A stretch of DNA of 64,000 nucleotides, taken from positions 1 to 64,000 of IMG/VR virus record IMGVR_UViG_3300025131_000007; one strand, given 5' to 3'. Under the pieces are notes generated by a model. That model was not told the DNA's origin. It did not search any database and saw nothing but the letters and a program-made list of their open reading frames with translations. Both the position numbers and the translations under genes were made by a program. This document shows positions 10,190 to 20,346 of the stretch, in pieces. Numbering within the stretch: position 1 is the first letter of the stretch; the number at the start of each line of letters is the position of its first letter. Source of the stretch: a virus.

Positions 10190-11254
10190 ATGGCTTTTTT
10201 AGACAATTCGGGCGACATTATTTTAGATGCCGTTTTAACAGAGGTGGGACGCAAGAGGCTTACTCAGACCACCATCAATGGAGGGACGAGTGCTAATATT
10301 ACTCATTTTGCGTTAGGCGATGATGAAATTAACTATTCTCAATATAACTTGAACGCAGCGTCTGGATCTAATTATGCAGATTTGGAGATTTTACAAACTC
10401 CGATTTTGCAAGCATTTACGATGGGAAATGCTAATATCAATTATGGACTGATGTCGTTAACGAAAACCGACATTCTTTATCTTCCTTCTTTGAAGGTTAA
10501 TTCTTTAATGGGAGGTAATTTTAAGCCATTAAATACTTTTAGTAATATCTTTTATTTTGCTGTTAATGCAAAAACGTATGCCACCCTTAAAGATACGGAA
10601 GTTAATATTGGAATAAATCAAATTGGCTATGCTTATAATGCCGGCGCATCTCCTTTTGTCTTTATTGAAGGAGGTTTGAACACCCCTCTTTTGCAAAAAG
10701 ATGCTAGCAACAAAGCCTCCTATATTGAGGCAGGCAACATTTCTAATCGCGGATATACCATAGGTATGGATAATCGATTAGGAGTTCCTTACACAAGTAA
10801 TGGCGCTGGAACTTTTGCTAATAACAAAACTGATGGAACTGATATGAGGGGAGGCTTTGCGGTAAGTCAAAAATCACCTCTCGGGAGCACCACAAGCGCT
10901 ACTGGAATTAAAAACTACAGTTTTTATCAATCGGCAGCAGTGAACAATGGGATTGTGCAACCAGACATCAATGGGCCGGCATCCACCCTATCTGCGATAG
11001 AGGGGCCGGGAGATACAGTAACTTGCTTTAAAGTGGTGGTAAAGCCGAGTCTTCGAACCGACGGAACCGCCGGAGGTGTTCGCGATGTTCTGTATTCTCA
11101 GATTGGCTCATTGAATAAGACGGCAGCTTCGCTTGGTTTGAGTGGAGATGCTAGTAGAACTTATGATATTATTGATACGATGATATATATCAACGGATCA
11201 AATACCGGTGGAACGATTACGTTACCCGTAAGAATCATTAGACAAACCGCATAA
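10190..11254 (+). CDS. Putative virion protein (tail-collar/baseplate-like N-terminus)
   Basis: MAFLDNSGDIILDAVLTEVGRKRL..ITHFALGDDEINY. Confidence 0.7.
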   Translation: MAFLDNSGDIILDAVLTEVGRKRLTQTTINGGTSANITHFALGDDEINYSQYNLNAASGSNYADLEILQTPILQAFTMGNANINYGLMSLTKTDILYLPSLKVNSLMGGNFKPLNTFSNIFYFAVNAKTYATLKDTEVNIGINQIGYAYNAGASPFVFIEGGLNTPLLQKDASNKASYIEAGNISNRGYTIGMDNRLGVPYTSNGAGTFANNKTDGTDMRGGFAVSQKSPLGSTTSATGIKNYSFYQSAAVNNGIVQPDINGPASTLSAIEGPGDTVTCFKVVVKPSLRTDGTAGGVRDVLYSQIGSLNKTAASLGLSGDASRTYDIIDTMIYINGSNTGGTITLPVRIIRQTA

Positions 11255-11275
11255 AATTAATACGGAGATTTATCA

Positions 11276-12316
11276 ATGCCAGTAATAGACATGTCACCAA
11301 TTGACCCTGTTAGCGATGTGACAACTACAACCACCTTACTTCACGAAGTTATTCCGCTGACTGGTACTATCATTAGCGGAACTTATGGAACTTTCCCTGA
11401 CGAGAATAACATTAAGAACTACACCCATGGAATGTTTCAGTCGGTTTATGACTATCCATATCTTAGTTCTTCGGCTAATCATATTTTTGATATTACAGCC
11501 GGATATGATGAAGAGTCTGATTATTCTGGTTCTACATCTGTACAGAACACCAAGAAGATCAATTTATACAATCAGTTCGCCCAGCTTTTGCTAGGATATA
11601 CTTCCTCGACTGCTGACACAATTCGTAAATTCGAAAGCGATTTGAATCTGGATGGGGTGGGAACGATGAATGAGGTGTTTTTCTTATCATTTTCTCGCCT
11701 TCTTACAAAAGATCAAATCAAAAGAAACTCTTTTACTATAGCAGTGGGAACCGGTTCTTATGATAATGCGATGCAGAAAATAGTAACTTTGACGGATTCG
11801 CAAGCATCCTATGGAACAGATGGTGGAGTAGGAAGTTCGAACGGGGGAGATTACGGAGTGCTATATACCAGCGGAAACGAAGCACATGGTGTTGTCTTTT
11901 ATCAGGCAGGCATTGTTGTTTTATCGGCTTCTGTGTTTGCTGATGTGACGGATTTTAATACATCTGGCACGAATGCCGTAGCTGCCACTCTAACCGGATC
12001 TAGCATTAGTGGTGCATGTGATGCCTTAAGGCACCGCATTCAAAATATCTCATATAATAATACTACGGAAATTAATTCTACAATTTATTTCTGTCGCGTT
12101 CCGCATAATAAATTCAATTATAGTTCCAACCCAACGTATGTTTCGGGAAGCAAAATAAGAGTGAAGAACGTCGCGTCAGATAATCCTGTTTCCTATATTA
12201 CTACGATAGGGTTATATAACACCATTGGCGAATTGTTGGCAGTAGCTAAACTTTCTGAGCCGCTTAAGAAGTCTCCCACCAACGACATCACAATTAGGGT
12301 GAGATTGGACTATTAG
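11276..12316 (+). CDS. Putative virion protein, paralog of 12317..13567
   Basis: C-terminal FNYSSNPTY..YITTIGLYNTIGELLAVAKLSEPLKK..RVRLDY. Confidence 0.7.
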   Translation: MPVIDMSPIDPVSDVTTTTTLLHEVIPLTGTIISGTYGTFPDENNIKNYTHGMFQSVYDYPYLSSSANHIFDITAGYDEESDYSGSTSVQNTKKINLYNQFAQLLLGYTSSTADTIRKFESDLNLDGVGTMNEVFFLSFSRLLTKDQIKRNSFTIAVGTGSYDNAMQKIVTLTDSQASYGTDGGVGSSNGGDYGVLYTSGNEAHGVVFYQAGIVVLSASVFADVTDFNTSGTNAVAATLTGSSISGACDALRHRIQNISYNNTTEINSTIYFCRVPHNKFNYSSNPTYVSGSKIRVKNVASDNPVSYITTIGLYNTIGELLAVAKLSEPLKKSPTNDITIRVRLDY

Positions 12317-13567
12317 ATGTCTCTAAAGAAGTTCGGTAACAAAGATGTCTTTGTTAACACGATGCGGGCTTTTCCAACTTGTGACTTTGTTGTATTTGAC
12401 AGCAAAGTGATCTATAATAGTGTGCCTGCTCAAAGTGGCGCGCGAAATTATCAAGTTCGGAACGTTTCATCCAGTAAGGGGTTCATTAGCCTCTATGAAT
12501 ATAATATTGATAGACCTTGGGTAGACACCGGAAGAACGGTTCAAACAGCAAGTATTGCCGACACCGGTCGTATCTATCCGTGGATTTCAAAAGATAGCGC
12601 AAGATCTAGTTTTAAAACAGCGAACAGTTTTCAATCTTCGGATTCGACGACCTACAATAACGAATTTCAATATGGGGATGTTCTCACGAATGTTTATCCT
12701 TTAAAGGCTTCTATTAGCCGGGAATACATCACTACCCCATCCTCTTCGGGGGGAACTTATAATAAACATTTTGTAGCTTTAAAAAATAGGTTAAATTTTT
12801 ATTCTCTACGATCTGAGCATTATAAAGTTAATTCTTCATATGGAAATAAAAATATTCAAACCTTGAATATGGTATCTATCCCTAGTATTTTTTATGGATC
12901 GCGTATCTATCCAGGATCGATGTCTTTAAAGTGGTATTACACAGGATCCTTGGCGGCAGAATTACAGGATTCAAAACAAAACGGCGAACTTATTCAGGTT
13001 GGGCCGCCAGGATCCGTAGGTTCTGGATCGGTGGCGGGCGTGGTGATGTATGATGAGGGAATCATTATCCTCACTGGCTCGTGGGCGCTGAACGGAGAAT
13101 CTCTAACTTTGAGAACAGCCGGCGGCAACGATTCGCCGAAGTGGGTCTATTTTGGCGCAGGGATGAATGATGGCGTTACCCAAGCTACTGCCAATTCTAA
13201 CATGATTAACGCTTCTTTTGGAATGTCATTCAAAGGACAGACTGAAACCCAAGTAATGACAATGTTTGCACATGCTCGGCGTGGCGAGGTAAATTATTCC
13301 AACAACCCCACATTCCTTCAATATGGTCAAACTAAAACTTTCCATACCTCATCTCATGTTTATGAAGAATCTAAAGATATTCAATTGAAGAATTTTGTAA
13401 GTTCTTCTTACAGTCATTATTCCGCTTCTTTTGAGAGACAAGTGTTTATCTCTCGAGTAGCACTCTATGATAAGAACAAAAATTTAATTGGGGTAGCAAC
13501 TTTGGCGAACCCGGTTCTTAAAAAAGAAGCAGAAGATGTATCTTTTAAATTAAAACTTGATATTTAG
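12317..13567 (+). CDS. Putative virion protein
   Basis: C-terminal VNYSNNPTF..FISRVALYDKNKNLIGVATLANPVLKK..KLKLDI. Confidence 0.7.
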   Translation: MSLKKFGNKDVFVNTMRAFPTCDFVVFDSKVIYNSVPAQSGARNYQVRNVSSSKGFISLYEYNIDRPWVDTGRTVQTASIADTGRIYPWISKDSARSSFKTANSFQSSDSTTYNNEFQYGDVLTNVYPLKASISREYITTPSSSGGTYNKHFVALKNRLNFYSLRSEHYKVNSSYGNKNIQTLNMVSIPSIFYGSRIYPGSMSLKWYYTGSLAAELQDSKQNGELIQVGPPGSVGSGSVAGVVMYDEGIIILTGSWALNGESLTLRTAGGNDSPKWVYFGAGMNDGVTQATANSNMINASFGMSFKGQTETQVMTMFAHARRGEVNYSNNPTFLQYGQTKTFHTSSHVYEESKDIQLKNFVSSSYSHYSASFERQVFISRVALYDKNKNLIGVATLANPVLKKEAEDVSFKLKLDI

Positions 13568-13585
13568 AAATAAATAGGTTATAAT
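13557..13585 (+). promoter_or_regulatory. Sigma70-type promoter, probably giving a leaderless mRNA
   Basis: TTGATA-17 nt-TATAAT; only 5 nt separate the -10 box from the ATG at 13591. Confidence 0.6.
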
Positions 13586-13590
13586 AGAGT

Positions 13591-14136
13591 ATGATATTAG
13601 GCGTAGACGTTTCCACTAGCATAACAGGATTTGCCGTTGTTGACAAGAATGGCAAAATAGTTGATATAGGCGCATGTGATCTTCGTAGATATAAAAGCTT
13701 TTTTGAAAAATGCTTACAGATGAGAGAGTTTACTTTAAATCTTTCAGAAAAACATTGTATTGATTGGGTTGAGAGGGGAGTAGAGCACATCTATGTTGAA
13801 CAGCCATTTACTTTTTTTAACTCAGGTGGCTCTAGCGCTAAGACGATGGCATTGTTGCAACGCTTTAATGGGGTGGTTTCTTGGATGTTATACGAGACAT
13901 TCGCCCGAGAGCCCAATTATGTGGGTGCAACCCAGGCACGAAAGAAAGTTGGAATTAGTGTTCCCCGGGGCATCAAGGCGAAAAAAGTTGTGATGGAACA
14001 CCTGCTGACGACGGATGAAGATTTTAAAGTAGAATATACCAATCATGGGAACCCCAAGCCTGTATATTTTGATATGGCAGACGCGTTAGTTATTGCTCGC
14101 GCCGGATTAATTATAGAAAAAGAAAATATCTCTTGA
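13591..14136 (+). CDS. RuvC-like Holliday junction resolvase
   Basis: MILGVDVSTSITGFAVV, YVEQP and DMADALVIA acidic catalytic motifs of the RNase H fold. Confidence 0.85.
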   Translation: MILGVDVSTSITGFAVVDKNGKIVDIGACDLRRYKSFFEKCLQMREFTLNLSEKHCIDWVERGVEHIYVEQPFTFFNSGGSSAKTMALLQRFNGVVSWMLYETFAREPNYVGATQARKKVGISVPRGIKAKKVVMEHLLTTDEDFKVEYTNHGNPKPVYFDMADALVIARAGLIIEKENIS

Positions 14137-14161
14137 CATACATACTGATAGATGTTATATT
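14133..14161 (+). promoter_or_regulatory. Sigma70-type promoter for primase
   Basis: TTGACA-17 nt-TATATT with extended -10 TG. Confidence 0.75.
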
Positions 14162-14176
14162 TGTTCATGAGGAAAT

Positions 14177-15115
14177 ATGAACAAATCACAAGCTAAGAAG
14201 ATATTACATGAAGCATTTGGATACTATCACGATAAGGGTAGCGAACTTCTCTTTACGTGCCCCGCGTGTCGCCATCACAAACGTAAACTATCTGTTAATT
14301 TGGATAAAAATGCTTTTAAATGTTGGATTTGTGATTACCGTGGTCGTAGCCTTCGGCATCTTATTCGGCGGTTTGGAACTCATACACAGTTACAGAAATG
14401 GGACCAAATCTCATCTCGAAGCGATCTTAGTCAGTTTGATGTTTTGTTTATGGATCCAGGTCGGAATTGTGATCGACAAAAGTTATCTCTCCCTAGAGAG
14501 TTTCAAACTCTGACATCTCGCAAGATTCCGGCTACGGGTCAGTATGCGTATAATTATTTATTATCGCGTGGCTTAACTCGTTCAGATATCGTTCGATGGA
14601 AGATAGGATATTGTTTTAGTGGAGAATATCGAAACAGAATCATTATTCCTTCGTTTGATGACGATGGGGATGTCAATTATTTTATTGCGAGATCTTATAC
14701 CAAAGACTCCTATAAATATAAGAATCCCCGCGCCTCTAAAGATATTGTATTTAATGAACTTTATGTCGATTGGAACAAAGATTTAACTTTGGTCGAGGGT
14801 ACATTTGACGCAATTGTTGCGGGAAACAGCATACCTATATTAGGAAGCACATTGCGTTATGATTCCCGTCTGATTCAGAAAATTGTGTTAAATGATACCC
14901 CGGTTTATATGGCTCTCGATCCCGATGCGGCAGAAAAAGAAAGAAAGATTATCTCTACACTTCTTAAATATGATGTAGAGCTTTATAAAATAGATGTATC
15001 GGGATATGAAGACGTGGGGTCAATGTCGCATGATATATTTGTGGAACGAAAACGGAATGCTATGTTCGTGGATCAAGAAGAATATGTTCTGCGAGATATG
15101 TTGTCTGCAATTTAA
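14177..15115 (+). CDS. DNA primase (Zn finger plus TOPRIM)
   Basis: CPAC...CWIC zinc finger; RIIIPSF; LVEGTFDA and ALDPDA TOPRIM motifs. Confidence 0.9.
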   Translation: MNKSQAKKILHEAFGYYHDKGSELLFTCPACRHHKRKLSVNLDKNAFKCWICDYRGRSLRHLIRRFGTHTQLQKWDQISSRSDLSQFDVLFMDPGRNCDRQKLSLPREFQTLTSRKIPATGQYAYNYLLSRGLTRSDIVRWKIGYCFSGEYRNRIIIPSFDDDGDVNYFIARSYTKDSYKYKNPRASKDIVFNELYVDWNKDLTLVEGTFDAIVAGNSIPILGSTLRYDSRLIQKIVLNDTPVYMALDPDAAEKERKIISTLLKYDVELYKIDVSGYEDVGSMSHDIFVERKRNAMFVDQEEYVLRDMLSAI

Positions 15116-15118
15116 TCC

Positions 15119-15147
15119 TTGACAGATCTATTCTGACGTGTTATAAT
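15119..15147 (+). promoter_or_regulatory. Consensus sigma70 promoter
   Basis: TTGACA-17 nt-TATAAT with TG extension. Confidence 0.85.
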
Positions 15148-15178
15148 ATCTTAACGGATAGATCCGTTTGGAGGGTAT

Positions 15179-18100
15179 TTGAAGTTTGCGCATATTAGCG
15201 ACACTCACATTAAGAATTTAAAATATCATTTTGAGTATCGCGAAGTCTTTCGTCAACTTTATGATCGACTTAAAAAAGAAAAAGTAGATTACATTATTCA
15301 TTGCGGCGATATCGCCCACACCAAGACTCAGATATCGCCTGAGTTTGTGGAGATGTGTTCTCAGTTTTTTCGTAATTTAGAAGCAATTGCTCCTACTTAT
15401 ATAATTTTAGGAAATCATGATGGTAATTTGAAGAACAGCAGTCGTCAGGACGCACTAACGCCTATTGTGGAGGCGTTGGATTTGCCTAATTTGCATTTGC
15501 TTAAAAATTCTGGCGAGACTATTTTAAATGATGAGTTTTGTTTAAACGTTTTATCAGTTTTTGATCGCGATCGATGGGTTACTCCTACCGATAAAGATAA
15601 AATTAATATTGCTCTATATCATGGCTCTATTTCTAACTGTAAAACGGATATGAATTGGGTGATGACAAAGGGAGAAGATACCTTAGACATTTTCAAAGAT
15701 TATGATTTTGCAATGTTGGGGGATATACACCGTCGTCAATTTTTGGATGAAGAAGGTCGTATTTGGTATGCGGGCTCTACCGTTCAACAGAATCACGGAG
15801 AGACAAACGATAAGGGTATTCTCATTTGGAAGATCACTTCCAAAGATGAATGGGATATCGAGCCTATTGTTTTAAAAAATCCTAAACCTTTTATGACTAT
15901 CGAGTTGACCCCGAAGGGGAGAATGCCGCATAATGTAAAAGTTCCCGTTGGCGCTCGCCTGCGTTTGGTAAGTAACAACAACTTGCCTCTGGCAACAATG
16001 CGCAGAGCAATGCAGATAGCTAAGCATCGCTTTAATCCGGAGAGCATATCTTTTCTTAATCGTGCTGCCGGCCAACGAGGGAATGTTGAAGAGATTACCA
16101 ATGATTTAAAAGTAGAAAACTTACGTGATCCTAAGATACAAGAAGAGTTGATGCGTAAATATCTTAAAGAATATCAAGTAACAACCCAGACACTAACACG
16201 CATCTACGAGATTAATCGACATTATAACAAATCTATTGAAAATAGTGAAGAGATATCTAGAAACATTAACTGGAAACTTAAATCTTTTAAGTGGGATTAT
16301 CTGTTTAATTATGGCAAATCCAATCATATTAATTTTGACAGTCTTCATGGCATTATTGGTATTTTTGGAAAGAACTTTTCTGGCAAAAGCTCTGTTGTTG
16401 ATGCTGCGCTTTATACCTTGTTCAACACAACATCCAAGAATGAAAGAAAAAATCTAAATGTCATTAACCAAAATCACACCACAGGTTGCGGAGAACTTGT
16501 TATTGATATAGGAGAAAAGAGATACACTATTAGCCGAGAATCTGAAAAGTATACAAAACGCCTTAAAGGTGAAGAAACCCTTGAAGCAAAAACAGAATTG
16601 AATTTTGAAGTTTATGATATGGTCACAGGAGAAACAACCTCATTAAACGGCAATACTCGCAACCAGACCGACGCAAATATTAGAAAGCACTTTGGGTCTA
16701 TTGAAGACTTTTTTGTCTCTTCATTGGCATCTCAACATGGCGCGTTGGCATTTATTGATGAGGGATCGACTCGTCGTAAAGAAATCATCGCCAAATTTTT
16801 GGATTTGGAAGTCTTCGATAAAAAGTTTAGGCTAGCTAAAGAAGATTCAGTAGACATGAAAGTTCTCCTAAAGAAGCACCAAGATAGAGATTACGATTCC
16901 GAAATTAGCGAACTTCACCAACATTTGGCAACATATAAAGAAAATGTAGAGATTAATAAGCAAATTTGCACTACGTTGCGTGAAGAAGTAAAAACAATTC
17001 AAGCATCGGTGGCAACGGTTAATGAAACAATCAATTCTATTCCTAATAAATATATTGATATTACTAAACTAAAAAAACGCAAAAGAGAACAAGAGACAAC
17101 AATTGCTGTCATTCATAGTAAAATTGTTGAGTCATCTAAAGAGATCGATCTCAAAAAATCCGAAATTGTAATTGCTGCGCGCTTATTGGAAGTGGTTAAT
17201 ATCGAAGATTTAGATGAAAAACAAATAGAAATACAACAGGTTGGGGAAAAGGAAGTAAAATTCTTAAAAGAATTAGAAGAGATAGAAAAGAAACGAAAAT
17301 TACTTGATGGAATTCCTTGTGGTGAGTCGTATCCTACGTGTAAATTTATTCGCGATGCTAACATTGCTGTGGCATGCCAAGAGTTAGTGGAAGGAGATTT
17401 AAGATACGCTACAAAACGATTAAAAATACTCAATCCTCAAGATGTTGAGCGTGAAATATCGGATTATAAAAAGTTACAAACGCAAATTGCCACAACTGAA
17501 AAAACTATTAGCGAGTTGAGTTTGGAAAGAGAGAAGAATAAAGGCACCAAGGTTACTTTAGAAGCGAGATTGAAAGATGTTATATCACAAATCGAAGAAT
17601 ATAATTCTAACAAAGAAGCTATCGAAAATATAGAACGTCTTCTTCAGTTGAGAGTGGAGCATGACCTCAAAGCTGCTGCGAAGGAAGATAAAATATGCAC
17701 GTGCGACAACCAAACACTCGAGCTTGTTAAATTAGTAGGATCGTGTGAACAACAAATAGAAAACCTCCAACAACAAAAACAGGAACAAAAACACTTACAA
17801 GAATCTTTCTCTGCATACGACTTGTTTATGAGATGTATGCACCCTAATGGTATTGCTTATGATATTATCAAAAAGAAAATACCAGTAATCAACCAAGAGA
17901 TTGCTAAGATTTTAACTAATATTGTGGAATTTGAAATAATTTTTGAGAGTAGTGGGAACAAATTTGACATCTTTATAAAACACCCTCAACATGATGCGCG
18001 CCCCATTGAAATGGCATCGGGATCTGAAAAAACAATGGGAGCCATGGCTATTCGTTTGGCACTGTTAAGTGTCTCTTCTCTTCCCAAGGGGGATTTGTTT

Positions 18101-18286
18101 ATTTTGGATGAACCGGGTACGGCATTGGATGAAGAAAATATGGAGGGATTTATTCGGATCTTGGCACTAATTAAGGTGTATTTTAAAAATGTGCTTTTGA
18201 TTTCTCATCTAGATTCTCTTAAGGATTGTGTAGATAGACAGATTATAATAGAAAAGAACAATGGATATGCCAAGGTTAACCAATGA
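15179..18286 (+). CDS. Fused SbcD-SbcC (Mre11-Rad50, gp47-gp46-like) nuclease/ATPase
   Basis: Phosphoesterase DTH, GD, GNHD, GDIH; Walker A GKNFSGKSS; coiled coil; signature ASGSE; Walker B FILDEP; LISH; TTG start after GGAGG. Confidence 0.92.
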   Translation: MKFAHISDTHIKNLKYHFEYREVFRQLYDRLKKEKVDYIIHCGDIAHTKTQISPEFVEMCSQFFRNLEAIAPTYIILGNHDGNLKNSSRQDALTPIVEALDLPNLHLLKNSGETILNDEFCLNVLSVFDRDRWVTPTDKDKINIALYHGSISNCKTDMNWVMTKGEDTLDIFKDYDFAMLGDIHRRQFLDEEGRIWYAGSTVQQNHGETNDKGILIWKITSKDEWDIEPIVLKNPKPFMTIELTPKGRMPHNVKVPVGARLRLVSNNNLPLATMRRAMQIAKHRFNPESISFLNRAAGQRGNVEEITNDLKVENLRDPKIQEELMRKYLKEYQVTTQTLTRIYEINRHYNKSIENSEEISRNINWKLKSFKWDYLFNYGKSNHINFDSLHGIIGIFGKNFSGKSSVVDAALYTLFNTTSKNERKNLNVINQNHTTGCGELVIDIGEKRYTISRESEKYTKRLKGEETLEAKTELNFEVYDMVTGETTSLNGNTRNQTDANIRKHFGSIEDFFVSSLASQHGALAFIDEGSTRRKEIIAKFLDLEVFDKKFRLAKEDSVDMKVLLKKHQDRDYDSEISELHQHLATYKENVEINKQICTTLREEVKTIQASVATVNETINSIPNKYIDITKLKKRKREQETTIAVIHSKIVESSKEIDLKKSEIVIAARLLEVVNIEDLDEKQIEIQQVGEKEVKFLKELEEIEKKRKLLDGIPCGESYPTCKFIRDANIAVACQELVEGDLRYATKRLKILNPQDVEREISDYKKLQTQIATTEKTISELSLEREKNKGTKVTLEARLKDVISQIEEYNSNKEAIENIERLLQLRVEHDLKAAAKEDKICTCDNQTLELVKLVGSCEQQIENLQQQKQEQKHLQESFSAYDLFMRCMHPNGIAYDIIKKKIPVINQEIAKILTNIVEFEIIFESSGNKFDIFIKHPQHDARPIEMASGSEKTMGAMAIRLALLSVSSLPKGDLFILDEPGTALDEENMEGFIRILALIKVYFKNVLLISHLDSLKDCVDRQIIIEKNNGYAKVNQ

Positions 18287-19434
18287 CTAAGAAAAAGAAA
18301 GAAAATAAAAACGAATTTGACTTTCTGCCACCAGCAGAGCTTCCTCCTTCTTTTACTCAGGAGAAGGATCACTATCACGAAAAAGTGGCTGCTGAAGACT
18401 TTGGAATGGTTGAAGACTTCGGTCTTCAAATGGAATATTCTGATGAAGACTTGCTTCCAGATAACACTGCACCGTCTTCTTTAAACATTGGATTTGTGGG
18501 CGTGGGCGGTGGTGGCAACAAGATGGCTAATTCTTTTATTGAATTAGGATTCAACAAAACAATCTTAGTTAATACTACTGGAAAAGATATTCCTAAAAAC
18601 GTTACCGAAGATCATGTGGTATTGATCCCCGATTCTGATGGAATTGGCAAAAATACTGAATATGGAAAAGAAGTGCTAGCCCAGAACGGTGCTGTCGTGG
18701 AAGATGCGTTACGAATTAAATTTGGCAAAGTAGACTGGCTTTTTGTTTGTGCAGGGGGTGGCGGTGGAACCGGATCTTCTGTCGCCGCACTGCATCCCGT
18801 TTTCGAAAGATACATGCAATCTGTGCAGGCGGGTGGAAAAGTAGTGTATGTCGTTTCTTGGCCCACGGCACAAGAGGCACTTAATCCCACAATTGCTAAA
18901 AACGCTCTCACTCTTTTAAATGATGTGTCTAAGTATCCCAACATTGTATTAGATAATGAACGCGCCACCCGCTTGTTGCGCGGAAGAATTGGGATGCTGG
19001 GGCTTTATCCTGTGGCTAATACTCAATTTGCGAAATCTTTTGCGCAAATTCTTAAACTCTCCACCGAAGATTCACCGATTCAGTCCTTCGATTCGAAAGA
19101 TTTGGAAACCTGTATAGGGCAAAATGGTCGTGGCTTTATTGGTTCGACCATGATAAAAGATCCAAATACCGGAAAGCTTGGATCGATGATTCTTCATAAC
19201 TGTATGAACCGATCGGCTTGTCCTCCACCAAAGGGAAAAGCTGCTGCCGGCTCTCTCATTCTGGTTGCATCCGAAGAGATGGTTGCGGATCCAAGAGTAA
19301 GCAAGCATTTAGAATCAGCGATCGCATACGTTGGTGGAAGATGTGAAACACTTTTTTCAGGTGTTTATGTGCGACAGAACGTGCCTGGGTTGATTGCTAT
19401 ACTAGGTATGAGTGGGTTGCCACAAGGAAACTAA
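18283..19434 (+). CDS. FtsZ/tubulin-superfamily GTPase (PhuZ/TubZ/CetZ-like)
   Basis: GVGGGGNK, DGIGKN, GGGGGTGS signature, LDNE; acidic N-terminal extension. Confidence 0.88.
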   Translation: MTKKKKENKNEFDFLPPAELPPSFTQEKDHYHEKVAAEDFGMVEDFGLQMEYSDEDLLPDNTAPSSLNIGFVGVGGGGNKMANSFIELGFNKTILVNTTGKDIPKNVTEDHVVLIPDSDGIGKNTEYGKEVLAQNGAVVEDALRIKFGKVDWLFVCAGGGGGTGSSVAALHPVFERYMQSVQAGGKVVYVVSWPTAQEALNPTIAKNALTLLNDVSKYPNIVLDNERATRLLRGRIGMLGLYPVANTQFAKSFAQILKLSTEDSPIQSFDSKDLETCIGQNGRGFIGSTMIKDPNTGKLGSMILHNCMNRSACPPPKGKAAAGSLILVASEEMVADPRVSKHLESAIAYVGGRCETLFSGVYVRQNVPGLIAILGMSGLPQGN

Positions 19435-19436
19435 CT

Positions 19437-20345
19437 ATGAAACTAATAATGGAAAATTGGAATAAGTTTGTGAATGAGGAAGAAGCTTCAAAACCAAAAT
19501 TAATTTTCTTGATTGGTCCGCCATCGGTTGGAAAGAGCCGTTGGGTTGCAGATAATATGTCAGGAGATTCTTTAATTCTCAATCGAGATGAGATGGTTGA
19601 AAAAATTGCTCTAGAAAGCGGCGTGGGAACTTATGACGATATGTACAAAAGACCGCCAAAAGAAATATTGCCTACCCCGTTACCAGAGCCGCAAAACCAA
19701 CAAGCAGTAAAGCAATATTTAGCGTCTTTACAAGCAATTGCAGATAAATTTAATAATGAAAATCCCGAGCAAACAAAACAATTTGGACCAGTTGAGCCTT
19801 TCACGGTCGAAAATTATATTAAAGCACTAACCCCAAGAACCGAAGGGGGGTGGGGAGTTCCGGCGGCTGTTTTTGTTCCCCTATATTATCCTAAGATTAA
19901 CACGACAAATGAAACCATCAAAAAGCAATTTGAAGAAGCAAGAGCTTCTTACGCTAGAGACACAAAAGACGTTGTGATAGATATGGTTAATATGTCTCTT
20001 GATGAAAGAGCAGGTCACCGCGTAGAGATGGCTAAAGCAATTGCAGAGACCCCTGTTGATAGTGTTGAAGAAGCGCGCCAAATTATTGATGATAAATTTG
20101 ATCAACAAGCATATGTGTTCGCAAATAGTTTGGAAGGATGGAGCGATGAAGAAAAAGAAAAAATTATACAAAGCGCCGAATTGAGAGCAAAAGAAATAGC
20201 ATCAGAACCGGGAAGATCAAAAACAATACCCCCTCACGCATTTAATCGATTTTTTAATAGCTACGTGCCGCCATCAAAGTCCGAAGGATATTCAATAATA
20301 AAAGTGGTTGGCATACCGGCCTTAACACCAGAAAGGGGATTTTAA
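19437..20345 (+). CDS. P-loop kinase (AAA_33/polynucleotide-kinase-like) with N-terminal leader
   Basis: LIFLIGPPSVGKS, ILNRDE, VVIDMVNMS..R. Confidence 0.7.
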   Translation: MKLIMENWNKFVNEEEASKPKLIFLIGPPSVGKSRWVADNMSGDSLILNRDEMVEKIALESGVGTYDDMYKRPPKEILPTPLPEPQNQQAVKQYLASLQAIADKFNNENPEQTKQFGPVEPFTVENYIKALTPRTEGGWGVPAAVFVPLYYPKINTTNETIKKQFEEARASYARDTKDVVIDMVNMSLDERAGHRVEMAKAIAETPVDSVEEARQIIDDKFDQQAYVFANSLEGWSDEEKEKIIQSAELRAKEIASEPGRSKTIPPHAFNRFFNSYVPPSKSEGYSIIKVVGIPALTPERGF

Positions 20346-20346
20346 A

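Noticed and set aside
18283-19434. Nucleus-forming (phiKZ-like) phage inferred from tubulin
   Set aside because: The head module is T4-type; no chimallin or multisubunit RNA polymerase is recognisable in this window
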